A DNA stretch of 64,000 nt from a virus (lineage: Duplodnaviria; Caudoviricetes): IMG/VR virus record IMGVR_UViG_3300043432_000484, positions 32,001 through 96,000 of that record. The stretch is one strand, 5' to 3'. A program made the position numbers and the translations under genes. Positions 9,964 to 20,480 of the stretch are shown here, one piece after another (the first letter of the stretch is position 1; each line of letters begins with the position of its first letter). Below the pieces are notes generated by a model. That model was given only the letters and a program-made list of their open reading frames with translations. It did no database searches and had not been told where the DNA came from.

Positions 9964-10608
9964 TCATTTTGGTAGCTGTGAGAATCTAAAAAACCTCTGG
10001 CGTTCCTTGAACATCGCTCCCGAGTACACGATCTGTCCTTCACGTTTTCCTTTCGTGAAGGTGTGCACTTTGGCGAACGCCTGATACTCAGAAGGTGTCA
10101 GGTCCTCTACACGGAGTTCGTTTCTCAACAACATCCAGAAGCGACCTGTGAATTTTGCAACATGATAAGCGTCAGCCTCGTCAGCGTTCCACCGTGGGAC
10201 CCCGGTTTCTGCCTTAGCAACGTCGATCATGTCGCTCTTGAACATCTTTCCTTTGCGGAGCTTTGGGTCCACTTTGGTCAGCATCTTGACCGTGACGGGA
10301 TCAAAGTACACAACGTCCTTGCGCCTACTCCAGATGGCCTCGTTCAGCATTGCAAACAAAGCGTATGCACCGGGAGACCACTGCTCTCCAAAGGTTGGGG
10401 ATTCCACCCCAACCGCCTCAATGAGCAGGTACGTGTCCAGTAGGGTCTTCAACTCTTCGCGCAGTTGTACGTAGCGCTCAACCCACACCGTTTTAGGCGA
10501 AGTTGACCACCTGCCTTTGGCGAATACTCTTCGTTGACCGACGCCGGACGAATCGAAGACGCACCAACCAAAGCCAGTCAGGGACGGGTCTAAACCTAGG
10601 GTGATCAT
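9964..10608 (-). CDS. ruvC: RuvC-like Holliday junction resolvase
   Basis: LGLDPSLTGFG, VGVE, DEADA acidic motifs. Confidence 0.85.
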   Translation of the reverse strand: MITLGLDPSLTGFGWCVFDSSGVGQRRVFAKGRWSTSPKTVWVERYVQLREELKTLLDTYLLIEAVGVESPTFGEQWSPGAYALFAMLNEAIWSRRKDVVYFDPVTVKMLTKVDPKLRKGKMFKSDMIDVAKAETGVPRWNADEADAYHVAKFTGRFWMLLRNELRVEDLTPSEYQAFAKVHTFTKGKREGQIVYSGAMFKERQRFFRFSQLPK

Positions 10609-10653
10609 TGGATGGAACAGGGGCGCGGTGTTACCCACGCCCCTGCCTTCAGA

Positions 10654-11559
10654 TCACACGCTGTCGAGCATCTCTTGGAAGTTGTCCGATGAGATGTCGT
10701 CCGCGCCGGACGCGCCGCCGCCTGACGATCCGCCACCACCCAGGCCGAGCTTGGCGCGCAGTTGATCCGTGGTCAGCTCTCGGAAGGGAGACAGCTTGTC
10801 ATACATGGCAGCAGCTGCCGTAAGCACGACCTGCTTGATCTGCTCGTTCTTCTGCCAGACCGCGGGACCGGCAGTGGATACGGCCATGTTCTGAAACTGG
10901 GGGTTCTCGCACTCGATCTTGAAGTCCTGAGAACTCAGGGACAGTCCGTTCTCGCGCAGCCCGTCATTCAGCTTCCAGATCGACTCGTAGACCTTGTTTC
11001 CGAAGCGCCAGGGGATGAGCTTCGGCTTGTTCTGCTTGATCTGCGCCGCGAAGTTCTCGCGGTTCAGAGCACCCTCACTGTCCGTGGGGTACACGAGCAA
11101 GAGCGTGATGAAGTACGGCTTGGCGTCATTCAAACGCTTCCACACGGCATCAGCTTCGGCGCCATCCTTGCCGAGACGAGAGAGCACGAATCCGATGCCC
11201 TCCTGATAGTGAGCCTTCTGGGCCTTGAAGTGAGCCTTCGAGATGTCCAGGCGATCGGCTGCCGTCAGCTGATCCACCGTCTTCTTCAGTTCCTCGGCAC
11301 GCTTGTTAAGAGCGCCCTTGGCGATGACGGCAATCTCTTCACGAGAAAGCTTCTTGCCAGACTTCTGGGACGCCTTCATAGCATCCTGAACCGCGTTGGC
11401 GTCGACCGTGTAGAAGTTCACGAAAGCGGCCCGAAGGACCTGACCTTTCTGGGTCATCTTCAACCAGTCTTGCTTGTTTCCGCCGACGTTCTTCTGGTCC
11501 GGCTCCAGGCTTACGTCATCGCTGAAATCGTATTCTGTTGTGTATTCCTCAGTTGACAT
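10654..11559 (-). CDS. Probable phage single-stranded DNA-binding protein
   Basis: Next to recA/ruvC; Gly-rich linker and acidic tail (DDISSDNFQEMLDSV). Confidence 0.5.
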   Translation of the reverse strand: MSTEEYTTEYDFSDDVSLEPDQKNVGGNKQDWLKMTQKGQVLRAAFVNFYTVDANAVQDAMKASQKSGKKLSREEIAVIAKGALNKRAEELKKTVDQLTAADRLDISKAHFKAQKAHYQEGIGFVLSRLGKDGAEADAVWKRLNDAKPYFITLLLVYPTDSEGALNRENFAAQIKQNKPKLIPWRFGNKVYESIWKLNDGLRENGLSLSSQDFKIECENPQFQNMAVSTAGPAVWQKNEQIKQVVLTAAAAMYDKLSPFRELTTDQLRAKLGLGGGGSSGGGASGADDISSDNFQEMLDSV

Positions 11560-11732
11560 GGTAACGTTTTTTCCTCTAATTGGGCTGCCTCAACAACAAG
11601 TGCCATTTTAGGCTGGATGCTGAGGTCAGCAGTTTCGGTTGACAGTCTAGGTATACAGTGCCTGGGGCGTAGAGCCTATTGGCGGGTAGAACAGGGACTG
11701 CCAAGTTCCTCTACACCATTCGTACAAAAGGA

Positions 11733-12527
11733 TTACAGTCCCTCTAGCAGCGACATAAAGTCGTCTTCTTCGGGGGCTGGTTTAGATGGAGGAGCCGTTA
11801 CGACGTCCACCAAAGTATCGGAGCCAGAAAGGAACCTAAGAGCTGCGGCTTCATCCCCCTCTTCGGGTACGGTGGGGGACTCAGAAGAAACCTCTGGCTG
11901 CACAGGAGCAGCCTCGGTTTCGACTCCGGGCGCCTCCCCTTCTGGAGTGGGATCAGCCATCATCTGGGCCAATTCCTCAGCGCTGACATCATCGGTCACC
12001 ATGGACCGGCTGCGCATTGGATCCCGCCCAGCAGTATCCGTTCTCTCGTCGCCATAGAATCCGCCACTCCGGATCTCGGCACTCATGAGCTTGCTCTGAT
12101 CCTTGATGGCGGTCATCGTGGCGTGAAGCTCGCGATTCCGGTACGACACGACCTTGTATACAGAATCAAGGGAGTGCATGCGCGCCTTGAATTCGTTGAT
12201 CGCAGTCCGCTGTTCCCTTAGGCGGTACCCAACTGCTGACTTCCGATCCTCGATGCTGTCCAGGTTCTTGATCTCGGGTTCATTGGTCAAGAGGTTGTCG
12301 TAGTCCAGGGCGTAGAGGGCCTCCAGTCTGCGCAGCTCACCGCTGACCAACAAGCGCTCCCTGTTCAGCTCGTTCAGGACCAGCCCAACGCGATTGAGGA
12401 AGTTCCGGCAAACGGCGATGTGGTCTCGGAAGTATTGCGGCCCCAAAGATGTCGGGTCAGGGACCAGCTCCAGAACGTAACCGTCCATCTCTTTGAAGAT
12501 GGCGTCGACTCTCTCTTCGGTCAGCAT
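11733..12527 (-). CDS. Coiled-coil protein with acidic tail (possible recombination mediator)
   Basis: Helical N-terminus; tail EEDDFMSLLEGL resembles the SSB-like tail. Confidence 0.5.
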   Translation of the reverse strand: MLTEERVDAIFKEMDGYVLELVPDPTSLGPQYFRDHIAVCRNFLNRVGLVLNELNRERLLVSGELRRLEALYALDYDNLLTNEPEIKNLDSIEDRKSAVGYRLREQRTAINEFKARMHSLDSVYKVVSYRNRELHATMTAIKDQSKLMSAEIRSGGFYGDERTDTAGRDPMRSRSMVTDDVSAEELAQMMADPTPEGEAPGVETEAAPVQPEVSSESPTVPEEGDEAAALRFLSGSDTLVDVVTAPPSKPAPEEDDFMSLLEGL

Positions 12528-12580
12528 GCCTAGCCCCTACACCAGGGGCGTCGATAGTCGTTCAATGCCAAACGCTTTAT

Positions 12581-13309
12581 ATGCCCGACTCAGCCCCCAT
12601 TCGCGTGGCAGCCCGTTACCTGAGGGCGCAAGAGGACGCCGCTGCCCTTGAAGCAATGGCTGACCACGTAGCAGACCTGTTTCTGGATGCTTTGGCGGAA
12701 GAAAAGTTCACAGGTAAAGATGTTGCGCAGGCTTTTGGTCAGGCTGGCATCACGGCTGGGGACATCAACAAGCTGCTACCAAGTGCCAAGACGGCTGGTC
12801 TGGCAGAGTTCGGGACCAAGCTCAAGATTCTTGGCGGCTTGGTTCTTGAGGGGCTATGGCACGCGCTGATCCACCCCTTCCTGGCTTTGGGCAAGTTGTT
12901 CGTATCAGCCCAGTTCCGGAAGGAGGTGAAAGCAGCTTTCCGTAGAGCCCTGAGCCATGAGGTTCGTTCCACCCGTCACATGCTGAGCGTGGCAGGTCGC
13001 TTGGCTCGTAGGGAAGAGGTGAATCCTCAGGAGACCAAGGCGGCTCTGCATCAGATGACTGACATACTCAGCAAAGCCGTACTGGTCTATTTTGCTGGCC
13101 CTTCTGTGGCTCATTTGTTCTCCGGTGGTATCTGGAAAGCGTTCGTCACCCTCCTATCTCCCATCGATGAGATCATGGTCATCCTACTCGACAGGCCGTT
13201 GAGGGCCGTTGCCAAGAAGCTGATGAACGCGGACATAGGATTGCTCCCATCCGGATTCTACACGCACTTCTCTAAATCAGCCCAACAGTCTCAAACAACG
13301 CTCGATTGA
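12581..13309 (+). CDS. Hypothetical protein with N-terminal RVAARYL motif
   Basis: Only long ORF in the gap. Confidence 0.65.
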   Translation: MPDSAPIRVAARYLRAQEDAAALEAMADHVADLFLDALAEEKFTGKDVAQAFGQAGITAGDINKLLPSAKTAGLAEFGTKLKILGGLVLEGLWHALIHPFLALGKLFVSAQFRKEVKAAFRRALSHEVRSTRHMLSVAGRLARREEVNPQETKAALHQMTDILSKAVLVYFAGPSVAHLFSGGIWKAFVTLLSPIDEIMVILLDRPLRAVAKKLMNADIGLLPSGFYTHFSKSAQQSQTTLD

Positions 13310-13640
13310 AGGCTCGGAACGAGCACTGCTCGGTGAGCATACTTTCTGGGGCTACCCACTGGACCATGGAAGATTCTCGCGCTCGGGGCACCCCCTCCCA
13401 TTCCGTGACCAAGAAGGTGTGGACATAGTACCCGCACCCATCATCACACTCAAAGACATGGATCATACTGATAACGCGGATCCCTGTCTCCTCTAGCGTT
13501 TCCCTGATGGCTGCCTCCTCACAAGACTCCCCTGGGTCCAGCTTGCCTCCGGGCAGGCCGATGTCAGCGTGATCGTCCAACCTAGATACGGACAGGACTT
13601 GCCCTCGATCAATGATCAACGTAGTTGCGGCTTTTCTCAT
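13272..13640 (-). CDS. NUDIX hydrolase
   Basis: Nudix box GGKLDPGESCEEAAIRETLEETG. Confidence 0.93.
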   Translation of the reverse strand: MRKAATTLIIDRGQVLSVSRLDDHADIGLPGGKLDPGESCEEAAIRETLEETGIRVISMIHVFECDDGCGYYVHTFLVTEWEGVPRARESSMVQWVAPESMLTEQCSFRAFNRALFETVGLI

Positions 13641-13643
13641 GGC

Positions 13644-15866
13644 TCAAACCACCTGGCTATCAACTTCCCCCACATGCGGAGACACGAGACTTCGAAACAC
13701 CGTGTTCCTCTGGATCACTTTATCGTTGGCTACCGCCTTGAGCACCGCGTCCACTTCCCCTAACAGCCAGACCTTCTTTCGTGCGCGGGTGACGGCGGTA
13801 TAGAACAGGTTGCGTTGAAGCATCCTTCCCTGAGCACGGACCAGAGGCAGAATCACAGTCTCGAATTCTTCACCCTGGCACCGATGAACCGTGACCGCAT
13901 AGGCCAACTTGAGCATGTGAGGGGCCTGATCCCGAGGGATCATGACCTCCGTGTCAGGGGAACTTCCGATCCCGTGGATACGCACCTGCAGACCCTCCCG
14001 TGTGATAGCCTGCAGCTTCCCGACGTCCCCATTGTAGACATTGAGTCTGTAGTTGTTCTTGATGACCATCAAGCGGTCTCCCACTCGCGCATGCAGGCTT
14101 AGCATGTCACAGCTGGGTTGCCCGACATCCGGATTCAGGGCGTCCCGAAGCAGGGTATTCAGGTTATCAACCCCAACGATCCCCTCATACTTAGGAGACA
14201 ACACCTGAAAGTTTGCGTCCCGGGCTTTCAGCTTGATCGCGATCTTGACGATCAGGTCAGCGATCACTGCTTCGTTCTTGATCTCCACGAATTTGAACTC
14301 TGTGTCCTCCGGCTTCTTGGGCAATCCAAGAGGGGTGGCACCGCGGCGGATCCTGTGGGCAGCCAAGACTATGTCACTAGTCTCAGCTTGCCTAAACACG
14401 TGTTCCAAACGAATGGTAGGGACGCTGTCACATCCGATCAGCTCCCGGAGCACATTGCCCGGACCCACTGATGGAAGCTGAGCGTCGTCCCCCACTAGAA
14501 CCAGCATCGTCTTAGGATCCAAAGCATCCAACAAGCGATAGAGCAGCTCTTGATCAACCATGGAAATCTCGTCCACGATCACCGCCTGGGTATCCAACTG
14601 ATCCGCGTGGTCGAAGCCCCATTGAAACCCATCATACTTCAGAGCCCGATGGATCGTCTGAGCATGAGTCTCGGTTACATGAGACAGGCGTTTGGCGGCA
14701 ATGCCCGTAGGGGCCATGAGCATGTGGGAGAGCCCCAACGTCCTAAACAAGTGAACAAACGTTCTGATCAAGGTGGTCTTGCCCGTTCCAGGGGCACCGG
14801 TCACTACCAAGACTCGGTTAGCAATCAGCTTGCAGACTGCCTCCCGTTGCAGATCCGACAGAGTGATACTCTGAGTCTTCTCGTAGTCGCTCAGGAACAA
14901 ATCCAAATCTATGATCAACTCGGAGGGGGTCAAAAACCGAGAGAGCATAGCAGCCCCCGAGCGCTCGTACTGATACATGTCCGGAACGTATACCCCGATT
15001 CCCGGGTCAATACGGACCGACTCCGTACGTTCCAACTCAGTCAAGGCTTCCTCTACGGAGGCACTGAGATCCGGAACATCAAAAGGGGCTACCGTGGCCC
15101 TCTTGGTCATCTCCTCCAACAAGAACGGCAGGTCGCCACGTCGGACAAACAAGTGGCCTTGCTGCCTAATCTGATCCCGGATCACAGAGATCACCCCAGC
15201 CGCTATCCGGCGAGGGTCCCCGGCGCCTATCCCTCGTAACATCGCGATCGAGTCGGCGCGCTCGAAGGACACGCCATCGATCTCCACAAGCCGGTAGGGG
15301 TTATTGGCCAGGATCTCTACAGCCTCAAAACCAAAGCGATTGAACACTGCAGCGATCAAGGAGGCACCCAGATTGTACTCCTGCAGGAAGTCAGAGAGGG
15401 CTGCCAACCCGAGCACCTGATTCCACTTCAGGACGGCATCCAGAAGGATGTCCCTCTCGGCGTCGTTATCGGCCACGTCCAATATCTGGTGGCCCCTGAG
15501 GACCTCGTAGGTGTCTAAGCCAAACCGATCCACTACTTTCTTGACAAGACTGCGCTCACTGAATACGTCAACGCACGACTCCAGGAACTGTTGGATCTCG
15601 CGAGTCCCTTTAGCCCATGGCTTCCAGCCTGTGACTTTGAACTGCCTACCGTACTTGGCGTGGTTTATCCATTCGCCCTCGATCTCTAGCGTGGCCCCAT
15701 AGGGCAGATAGTTGAGCCCAAAGAAGTGCCCAGTAGCTTTGGTGTCCCGCGGGGCGCTGAAGTACGATTGCTCCTCAATCTTGAAGGAGAGGATGTTGAA
15801 GGTGCCGCTAGTGTGCAGCACCCTCTCTACTTGGCCTCTAAGAAAACCCACTACATCACGCTCCAA
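13644..15866 (-). CDS. recD2: RecD2-like SF1B helicase
   Basis: N-terminal GEW..H.KYGRQF, HhH region, GAPGTGKT, VDEISM, GDDAQLPSV, AYAVTVHRCQG, YTAVTRA. Confidence 0.93.
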   Translation of the reverse strand: MERDVVGFLRGQVERVLHTSGTFNILSFKIEEQSYFSAPRDTKATGHFFGLNYLPYGATLEIEGEWINHAKYGRQFKVTGWKPWAKGTREIQQFLESCVDVFSERSLVKKVVDRFGLDTYEVLRGHQILDVADNDAERDILLDAVLKWNQVLGLAALSDFLQEYNLGASLIAAVFNRFGFEAVEILANNPYRLVEIDGVSFERADSIAMLRGIGAGDPRRIAAGVISVIRDQIRQQGHLFVRRGDLPFLLEEMTKRATVAPFDVPDLSASVEEALTELERTESVRIDPGIGVYVPDMYQYERSGAAMLSRFLTPSELIIDLDLFLSDYEKTQSITLSDLQREAVCKLIANRVLVVTGAPGTGKTTLIRTFVHLFRTLGLSHMLMAPTGIAAKRLSHVTETHAQTIHRALKYDGFQWGFDHADQLDTQAVIVDEISMVDQELLYRLLDALDPKTMLVLVGDDAQLPSVGPGNVLRELIGCDSVPTIRLEHVFRQAETSDIVLAAHRIRRGATPLGLPKKPEDTEFKFVEIKNEAVIADLIVKIAIKLKARDANFQVLSPKYEGIVGVDNLNTLLRDALNPDVGQPSCDMLSLHARVGDRLMVIKNNYRLNVYNGDVGKLQAITREGLQVRIHGIGSSPDTEVMIPRDQAPHMLKLAYAVTVHRCQGEEFETVILPLVRAQGRMLQRNLFYTAVTRARKKVWLLGEVDAVLKAVANDKVIQRNTVFRSLVSPHVGEVDSQVV

Positions 15867-17778
15867 TCAACTGCAGAAGCTCGGCTTCGGATATGCACTT
15901 GGTGCCATTCTTGCGAGCTGCTACGGCCTTGGAACTCGTTGATTTTGGATCAGCGATCACCAGGTACGTCAACTTCTTACCGACAGAGCTTTTGACCTCT
16001 CCGCCCGCTGCCTTCACCATCTGCTCCAAGTCGGCTCTCGGACGAGATGAGGACCCGGTGAAACAGACGCTTGAGCCAGATAGGTTGCCGTGCTGCTTGC
16101 CCTCGATCTCTACACCCGCGGCAAGCAGATCATCCACGATGCCACTGCTTTTTTGGAGCCAGACCCAGATTGTCCGAGCCTTCACCGGACCCAACCCTTC
16201 CACGGCGGATAGCTGCTCGATGTTGGCAGCCTTCAGCTTGGGCAAGGTATCGTACCCAGCATCCATGGCCAACTTGATGCTGCTCTGCCCGCAGAGCGGG
16301 ATGGATAGGGCGCCCAGCAAGGTGTCCAGAGGGATTCGGTTTCTCTCCCAAAGAGTCTTGATCACTTTGGCAGCCGACCTTTGTCCCATGCGATCCACGT
16401 CGGCCAGCTGAACCTCAGTGAGCCGGTACAGAGCAACAACATCAGTGGCGAGCCCGGACGCCACCAGTTTCTCGATCAAGACCTCCCCCCACTCCTTGAC
16501 GTTCAGAACACTGAGGTACCGCTTGATGCGCCCTACCGCTTGGGCCGGGCATTCAGCGGAGTTGACACAGATCAGGTATTCCCCATCCATCTGGACATCG
16601 CCACCGCAGCAAGGGCATTGATTAGGAGGCGGCGCTATGGTTCCCGTGCCCTTACGCACTGCGGCTACCCTGGGAATCACGTCTTGAGCCCGAGCGATTA
16701 CGATCGTCGCCCCGACGTCTAGACCAAGCCCGTTGATGTACGCAATGTTGTACAGACTAGCATTGGTGATCTCGGCCCCGATCAATCGCACTGGATCGAA
16801 GATTGCCACGGGAGTTATCCGCCCGGTGGCCCCCACCTGCCATTCGATCTTGCGCAGTACCGACTCCCGGGTCATGGCAGCGAACTTGAAAGCCACCGCC
16901 CCCTTGGGGCAGTTGTCTACCTCACCCAAGGCCATCTGGGATGCCATGTCGTTGAGGCGGACCACCAGCCCATCGATCTCGTAATCCAACTGCCCGCGCT
17001 TGGATTGCTGATACTCGACCCAGATATCATGGGGAGTTTTGATCCCGGGAGTCATGGCTGTCACGTACCAATTGGGTACCTTCAAGCCCTGAGATTCCAG
17101 CCACTCAAACTGCAGACCTTCTGTTTCGAAATCCTGCCCATCGGCGACCTGGTAGAACATGACGGTGAGGTACTCGCACCCCTGACCGTCATAACGCTTG
17201 GCGATCCCGCTCGCAGCATTCCGCGTGTTAGCGTACTGCGGAAAGTGCTTGGCGTAGTCCGCTTTGGTGAGGATGATCTCACCCCTTAGGGTGCCGGTGA
17301 ATGCCTTCGGGAGCTTGCCCGGCACTCCCTGCATGCGCGCCACGTTGACTGAAATGTCCTCACCGGTGACCCCGTCCCCGCGAGTCACCGCCCTTGAAAA
17401 AGCACCCTTGACGTAATCGACCGCAATGGAGATCCCGTCCAGTTTCTCGGTCACCAGCAGGGCTGCGAACTTGGACTCCCCAGTCCCCATCACCCAAGTG
17501 GTCAGTTCCTCCAGGGTGTTGATCTTGTTCAACGAGCCCATGGGGATGGTGTGCTGGGCCTTGATCCATTCTGAGACCGCCGGAGCCCCCACTGCCTTGA
17601 CCTCCGGGCTGTCGTTCTTCAGCTCGGAAAGCTCGTCCATCCACGCGTCGTAGATCTCATCCGAGACATCAGGCGTGCCGTTGTAGTAGTTGTGGCGGGC
17701 TTGGTGGATCAAGCTTTCGAGTTCGATGACCCGGTCAGACGTGTCCTCGCCAAGGGAGTCGAAAATGTCAGGGGGCAT
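15856..17778 (-). CDS. ligA: NAD-dependent DNA ligase
   Basis: EKLDG adenylation motif, TRGDG, DGLVV, AFKF, Zn finger, HhH, BRCT; start uncertain. Confidence 0.96.
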   Translation of the reverse strand: MPPDIFDSLGEDTSDRVIELESLIHQARHNYYNGTPDVSDEIYDAWMDELSELKNDSPEVKAVGAPAVSEWIKAQHTIPMGSLNKINTLEELTTWVMGTGESKFAALLVTEKLDGISIAVDYVKGAFSRAVTRGDGVTGEDISVNVARMQGVPGKLPKAFTGTLRGEIILTKADYAKHFPQYANTRNAASGIAKRYDGQGCEYLTVMFYQVADGQDFETEGLQFEWLESQGLKVPNWYVTAMTPGIKTPHDIWVEYQQSKRGQLDYEIDGLVVRLNDMASQMALGEVDNCPKGAVAFKFAAMTRESVLRKIEWQVGATGRITPVAIFDPVRLIGAEITNASLYNIAYINGLGLDVGATIVIARAQDVIPRVAAVRKGTGTIAPPPNQCPCCGGDVQMDGEYLICVNSAECPAQAVGRIKRYLSVLNVKEWGEVLIEKLVASGLATDVVALYRLTEVQLADVDRMGQRSAAKVIKTLWERNRIPLDTLLGALSIPLCGQSSIKLAMDAGYDTLPKLKAANIEQLSAVEGLGPVKARTIWVWLQKSSGIVDDLLAAGVEIEGKQHGNLSGSSVCFTGSSSRPRADLEQMVKAAGGEVKSSVGKKLTYLVIADPKSTSSKAVAARKNGTKCISEAELLQLIGA

Positions 17779-17938
17779 CCCTTGTTCTACACCAATGGAT
17801 GCCCCCTGGACAACATCACTTTCCGCTCTTTTTCTTTTCCCTTTTGGCCTTGCTGGCTGCCCTGCGTAGCTTGAAAAGGGGAATGCCAAAGTGCACCGCG
17901 AATCTGAAAATTTCCAAAATGAATCGCATGGTTGGCCC

Positions 17939-18187
17939 CTAAACCTTGATGTCCCCCGCCTCCACCATGCGAGCTAACTCGGCGATGGCCTCCAAAGGCG
18001 TGGCGATCAGCCTTATTTCCTTACCTTTGTGCTTCTCCAGTTGTTCCTGGATGTCCAAGAATAGGTTGGAGCCGTCCTCTTGCTGGATCCGAAGGACCAT
18101 GCGGCCCGTCATCGGATCCAGCTCCACTACACCCTCTACCATCAACCCTAAGTCCATGTTGGCCTCAAACGATCGAGCAGAAGCCAC
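17939..18187 (-). CDS. Hypothetical protein
   Basis: ORF tiling. Confidence 0.55.
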   Translation of the reverse strand: MASARSFEANMDLGLMVEGVVELDPMTGRMVLRIQQEDGSNLFLDIQEQLEKHKGKEIRLIATPLEAIAELARMVEAGDIKV

Positions 18188-20468
18188 CCGCGCAAGCGGC
18201 TTCCCCGGTCAAATCGGTAACGTCTTCTTTCTCTACCAGGGCCGAGTAATCGACGGGCTTGTACGACCGTAGGATGTCGCCCCAGCGCTGCTCATCCGCT
18301 TCCGTGGTGATGGCCTCATTGGGAGCAAACGCGAAGTCCTTGTCCCCGCTACTGGACAATAGGGCTACGCCGGTGAACAGCTCGCGGTTGGCCCAAATGT
18401 AGGACGCAACGTCGTCCCATTCCTCAGGGCGCACTGTCACGGTGTTCGAAACGTTGTGGTTCAAGCCCGGGGAATCAGTGACTTCAGCGGTACCAGGAAG
18501 CACCCAGTTTTGCTGCGTAGACTTGACCAGCTCCAAGAACTGAATCGCTTGGATGTCGTCCTTGACAACGGCTTTAGCCGCGGCCTCTACAGGGAACTCG
18601 ATGACCCATTTCCCGTCAGGCTTACGAAGACACATATGCGGGTTGATGGCTTTGAATGCTTGGAAGATCGGCTCTAGTTCGTCAGCGGTCACACGTCTGA
18701 TATACCGTCTGGCATGGTGAGCATGGATCCCCGACCCAACACAACCAAGCTCCAAAGAGGTTGTGCCGGACGGCTTGACACAGGTTGTCCTGGAGGCGGT
18801 TCGGATACCAATGATGGCCGCGAACTCCGCGTTCCATTCCTTGATCTTGAGGGCAATCGTACGCTGGTACTCAGGGTTGCACGCAATGTCTGGGGCGTCC
18901 AGCATGCCTGTCATTCCGATCCCCAGCAGGGCTTCCTTTTTGGCCAACTCTTCGGATATCCACCCCAGGTAAGGCATCTTCGTGTAGGCCGCCTGCAACG
19001 TACCAATCAGGGTAGCGGCGCGGGCAACGGTCTCGAAATCCTCGAAAGACGTAAGCTTGGCGGCATTGATCTCGCACAGGTTACAGAATGCCCAGCCGGT
19101 ATAAGTGTCACCGACTCCAACTGAAACCCCTTGGGTAGCCAGTGTGGCCTTCAGAGTCTCGTCGATGGTCAGCTTAGGGTTCAAGCCAATCTCGGCACAA
19201 GGATTGGTCCCGTAGTCATAGTCAGCGGTAAAGTAGAACCCAGGCTCGCCCCACTGGCGAGTCATCTGGAAGATGCGCTTGAAGTTCTTCTTCTTCACCT
19301 CATCCCGCTTGAGCACCACTGAGTTGTTGGCGTTAGCGAACCACGGATCGTTCTCATACCACGTGCCGGTCTTGGCGTAGAGCATCTCACTGTCCTCGAA
19401 GGAGAACAGGCAGATCATGGCGGATCGCCGGATGCCTCCGGACAATACCGCATCCGCGGCATGGCACAGAATGCGGTGGCACTCAATGGGACGCAGCCTA
19501 CGCCCCTGTGCAGAGAACAGAACCGAACGGATCTTCTCCAAGGACTCTTTGAGCTTCAGATGTCCGGGAGCCCGACCTCCAGAGGTTTTGAGGGGCGCAC
19601 CTGCAGGGCGGATCTTGTGGTAGCTGAACTCGATGTTGTTACCGTCCTGGTAACTCTGCATCAGAGCTTTCAAGGCGTCAGCCCAGCCCTCGATCGTGTC
19701 CTGCACCACGTGGTGTTTGACCTGCTTGTGATTGATGTAACCAATCACGGGCATCTTCTCAACGTGGTCAAATTGAACGGAGTACCCAACCCCGCACCCT
19801 GACAGCAAGAGGTAGAGGGCTTCTGAGAAAGCGTCGAAGCGGTCAATGAGTGTGAAGGAGCAGTTGTAGATGCGATTGTTGTTGGCAAGGATAGCCTCAC
19901 CTCCGAACTGCATGGAACGCATAGAGGGCAGGAGTCGCTTATCCTGTACCAGTCTAAATGCGGCCTTGATCTCCTCCTCCAAGACAGGGAATTGCTTCAA
20001 GTGCATTCCCTCCACGCGAGCCACCGTTTCTGAGTAGACCTCGCGACGATTCAGCTCCGGAAGATACCGGGCATACTTGCTCGCATGGATGTAATCGGAC
20101 AACCCCGTTGGGTCTACGGCCTTACCCCGCATCTGGCGCAGATCCTGACGGCGCCTGCGATACAAGATGTAAGCCTTGGCAACCTTAAACTGGCCATGAT
20201 GCATGAGAGCAAGCTCTACAGCATCCTGAAGCACCTCGACGTCCACCACATCCCCACGGAGGGCGTGCAACACCGTATCCACTACTTCCGTGATCACTGC
20301 CTCATCCACGTCCCCAGCACTCTGTACCCAGGCAGCGTGGATCGCATTACGTAGCTTCATAGGGTCAAAAGCTTGTAGCGTTACCCCGTCCCTCTTGCGT
20401 GTGAATTTGGCAGCCGGGTGGCTGGACCCGTTGGTGTGCTGCGCGTGCGTGTGAGCTTGCTGTGACAT
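18165..20468 (-). CDS. nrdJ: Class II (B12-dependent) ribonucleotide reductase with N-terminal ATP cone
   Basis: ATP cone KRDG...FD, YNCSF, GGIRRSA, TNPCAEI, VKPSGT, C-terminal CAGGFC. Confidence 0.92.
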   Translation of the reverse strand: MSQQAHTHAQHTNGSSHPAAKFTRKRDGVTLQAFDPMKLRNAIHAAWVQSAGDVDEAVITEVVDTVLHALRGDVVDVEVLQDAVELALMHHGQFKVAKAYILYRRRRQDLRQMRGKAVDPTGLSDYIHASKYARYLPELNRREVYSETVARVEGMHLKQFPVLEEEIKAAFRLVQDKRLLPSMRSMQFGGEAILANNNRIYNCSFTLIDRFDAFSEALYLLLSGCGVGYSVQFDHVEKMPVIGYINHKQVKHHVVQDTIEGWADALKALMQSYQDGNNIEFSYHKIRPAGAPLKTSGGRAPGHLKLKESLEKIRSVLFSAQGRRLRPIECHRILCHAADAVLSGGIRRSAMICLFSFEDSEMLYAKTGTWYENDPWFANANNSVVLKRDEVKKKNFKRIFQMTRQWGEPGFYFTADYDYGTNPCAEIGLNPKLTIDETLKATLATQGVSVGVGDTYTGWAFCNLCEINAAKLTSFEDFETVARAATLIGTLQAAYTKMPYLGWISEELAKKEALLGIGMTGMLDAPDIACNPEYQRTIALKIKEWNAEFAAIIGIRTASRTTCVKPSGTTSLELGCVGSGIHAHHARRYIRRVTADELEPIFQAFKAINPHMCLRKPDGKWVIEFPVEAAAKAVVKDDIQAIQFLELVKSTQQNWVLPGTAEVTDSPGLNHNVSNTVTVRPEEWDDVASYIWANRELFTGVALLSSSGDKDFAFAPNEAITTEADEQRWGDILRSYKPVDYSALVEKEDVTDLTGEAACAGGFCSIV

Positions 20469-20480
20469 TGTTAAGAACCC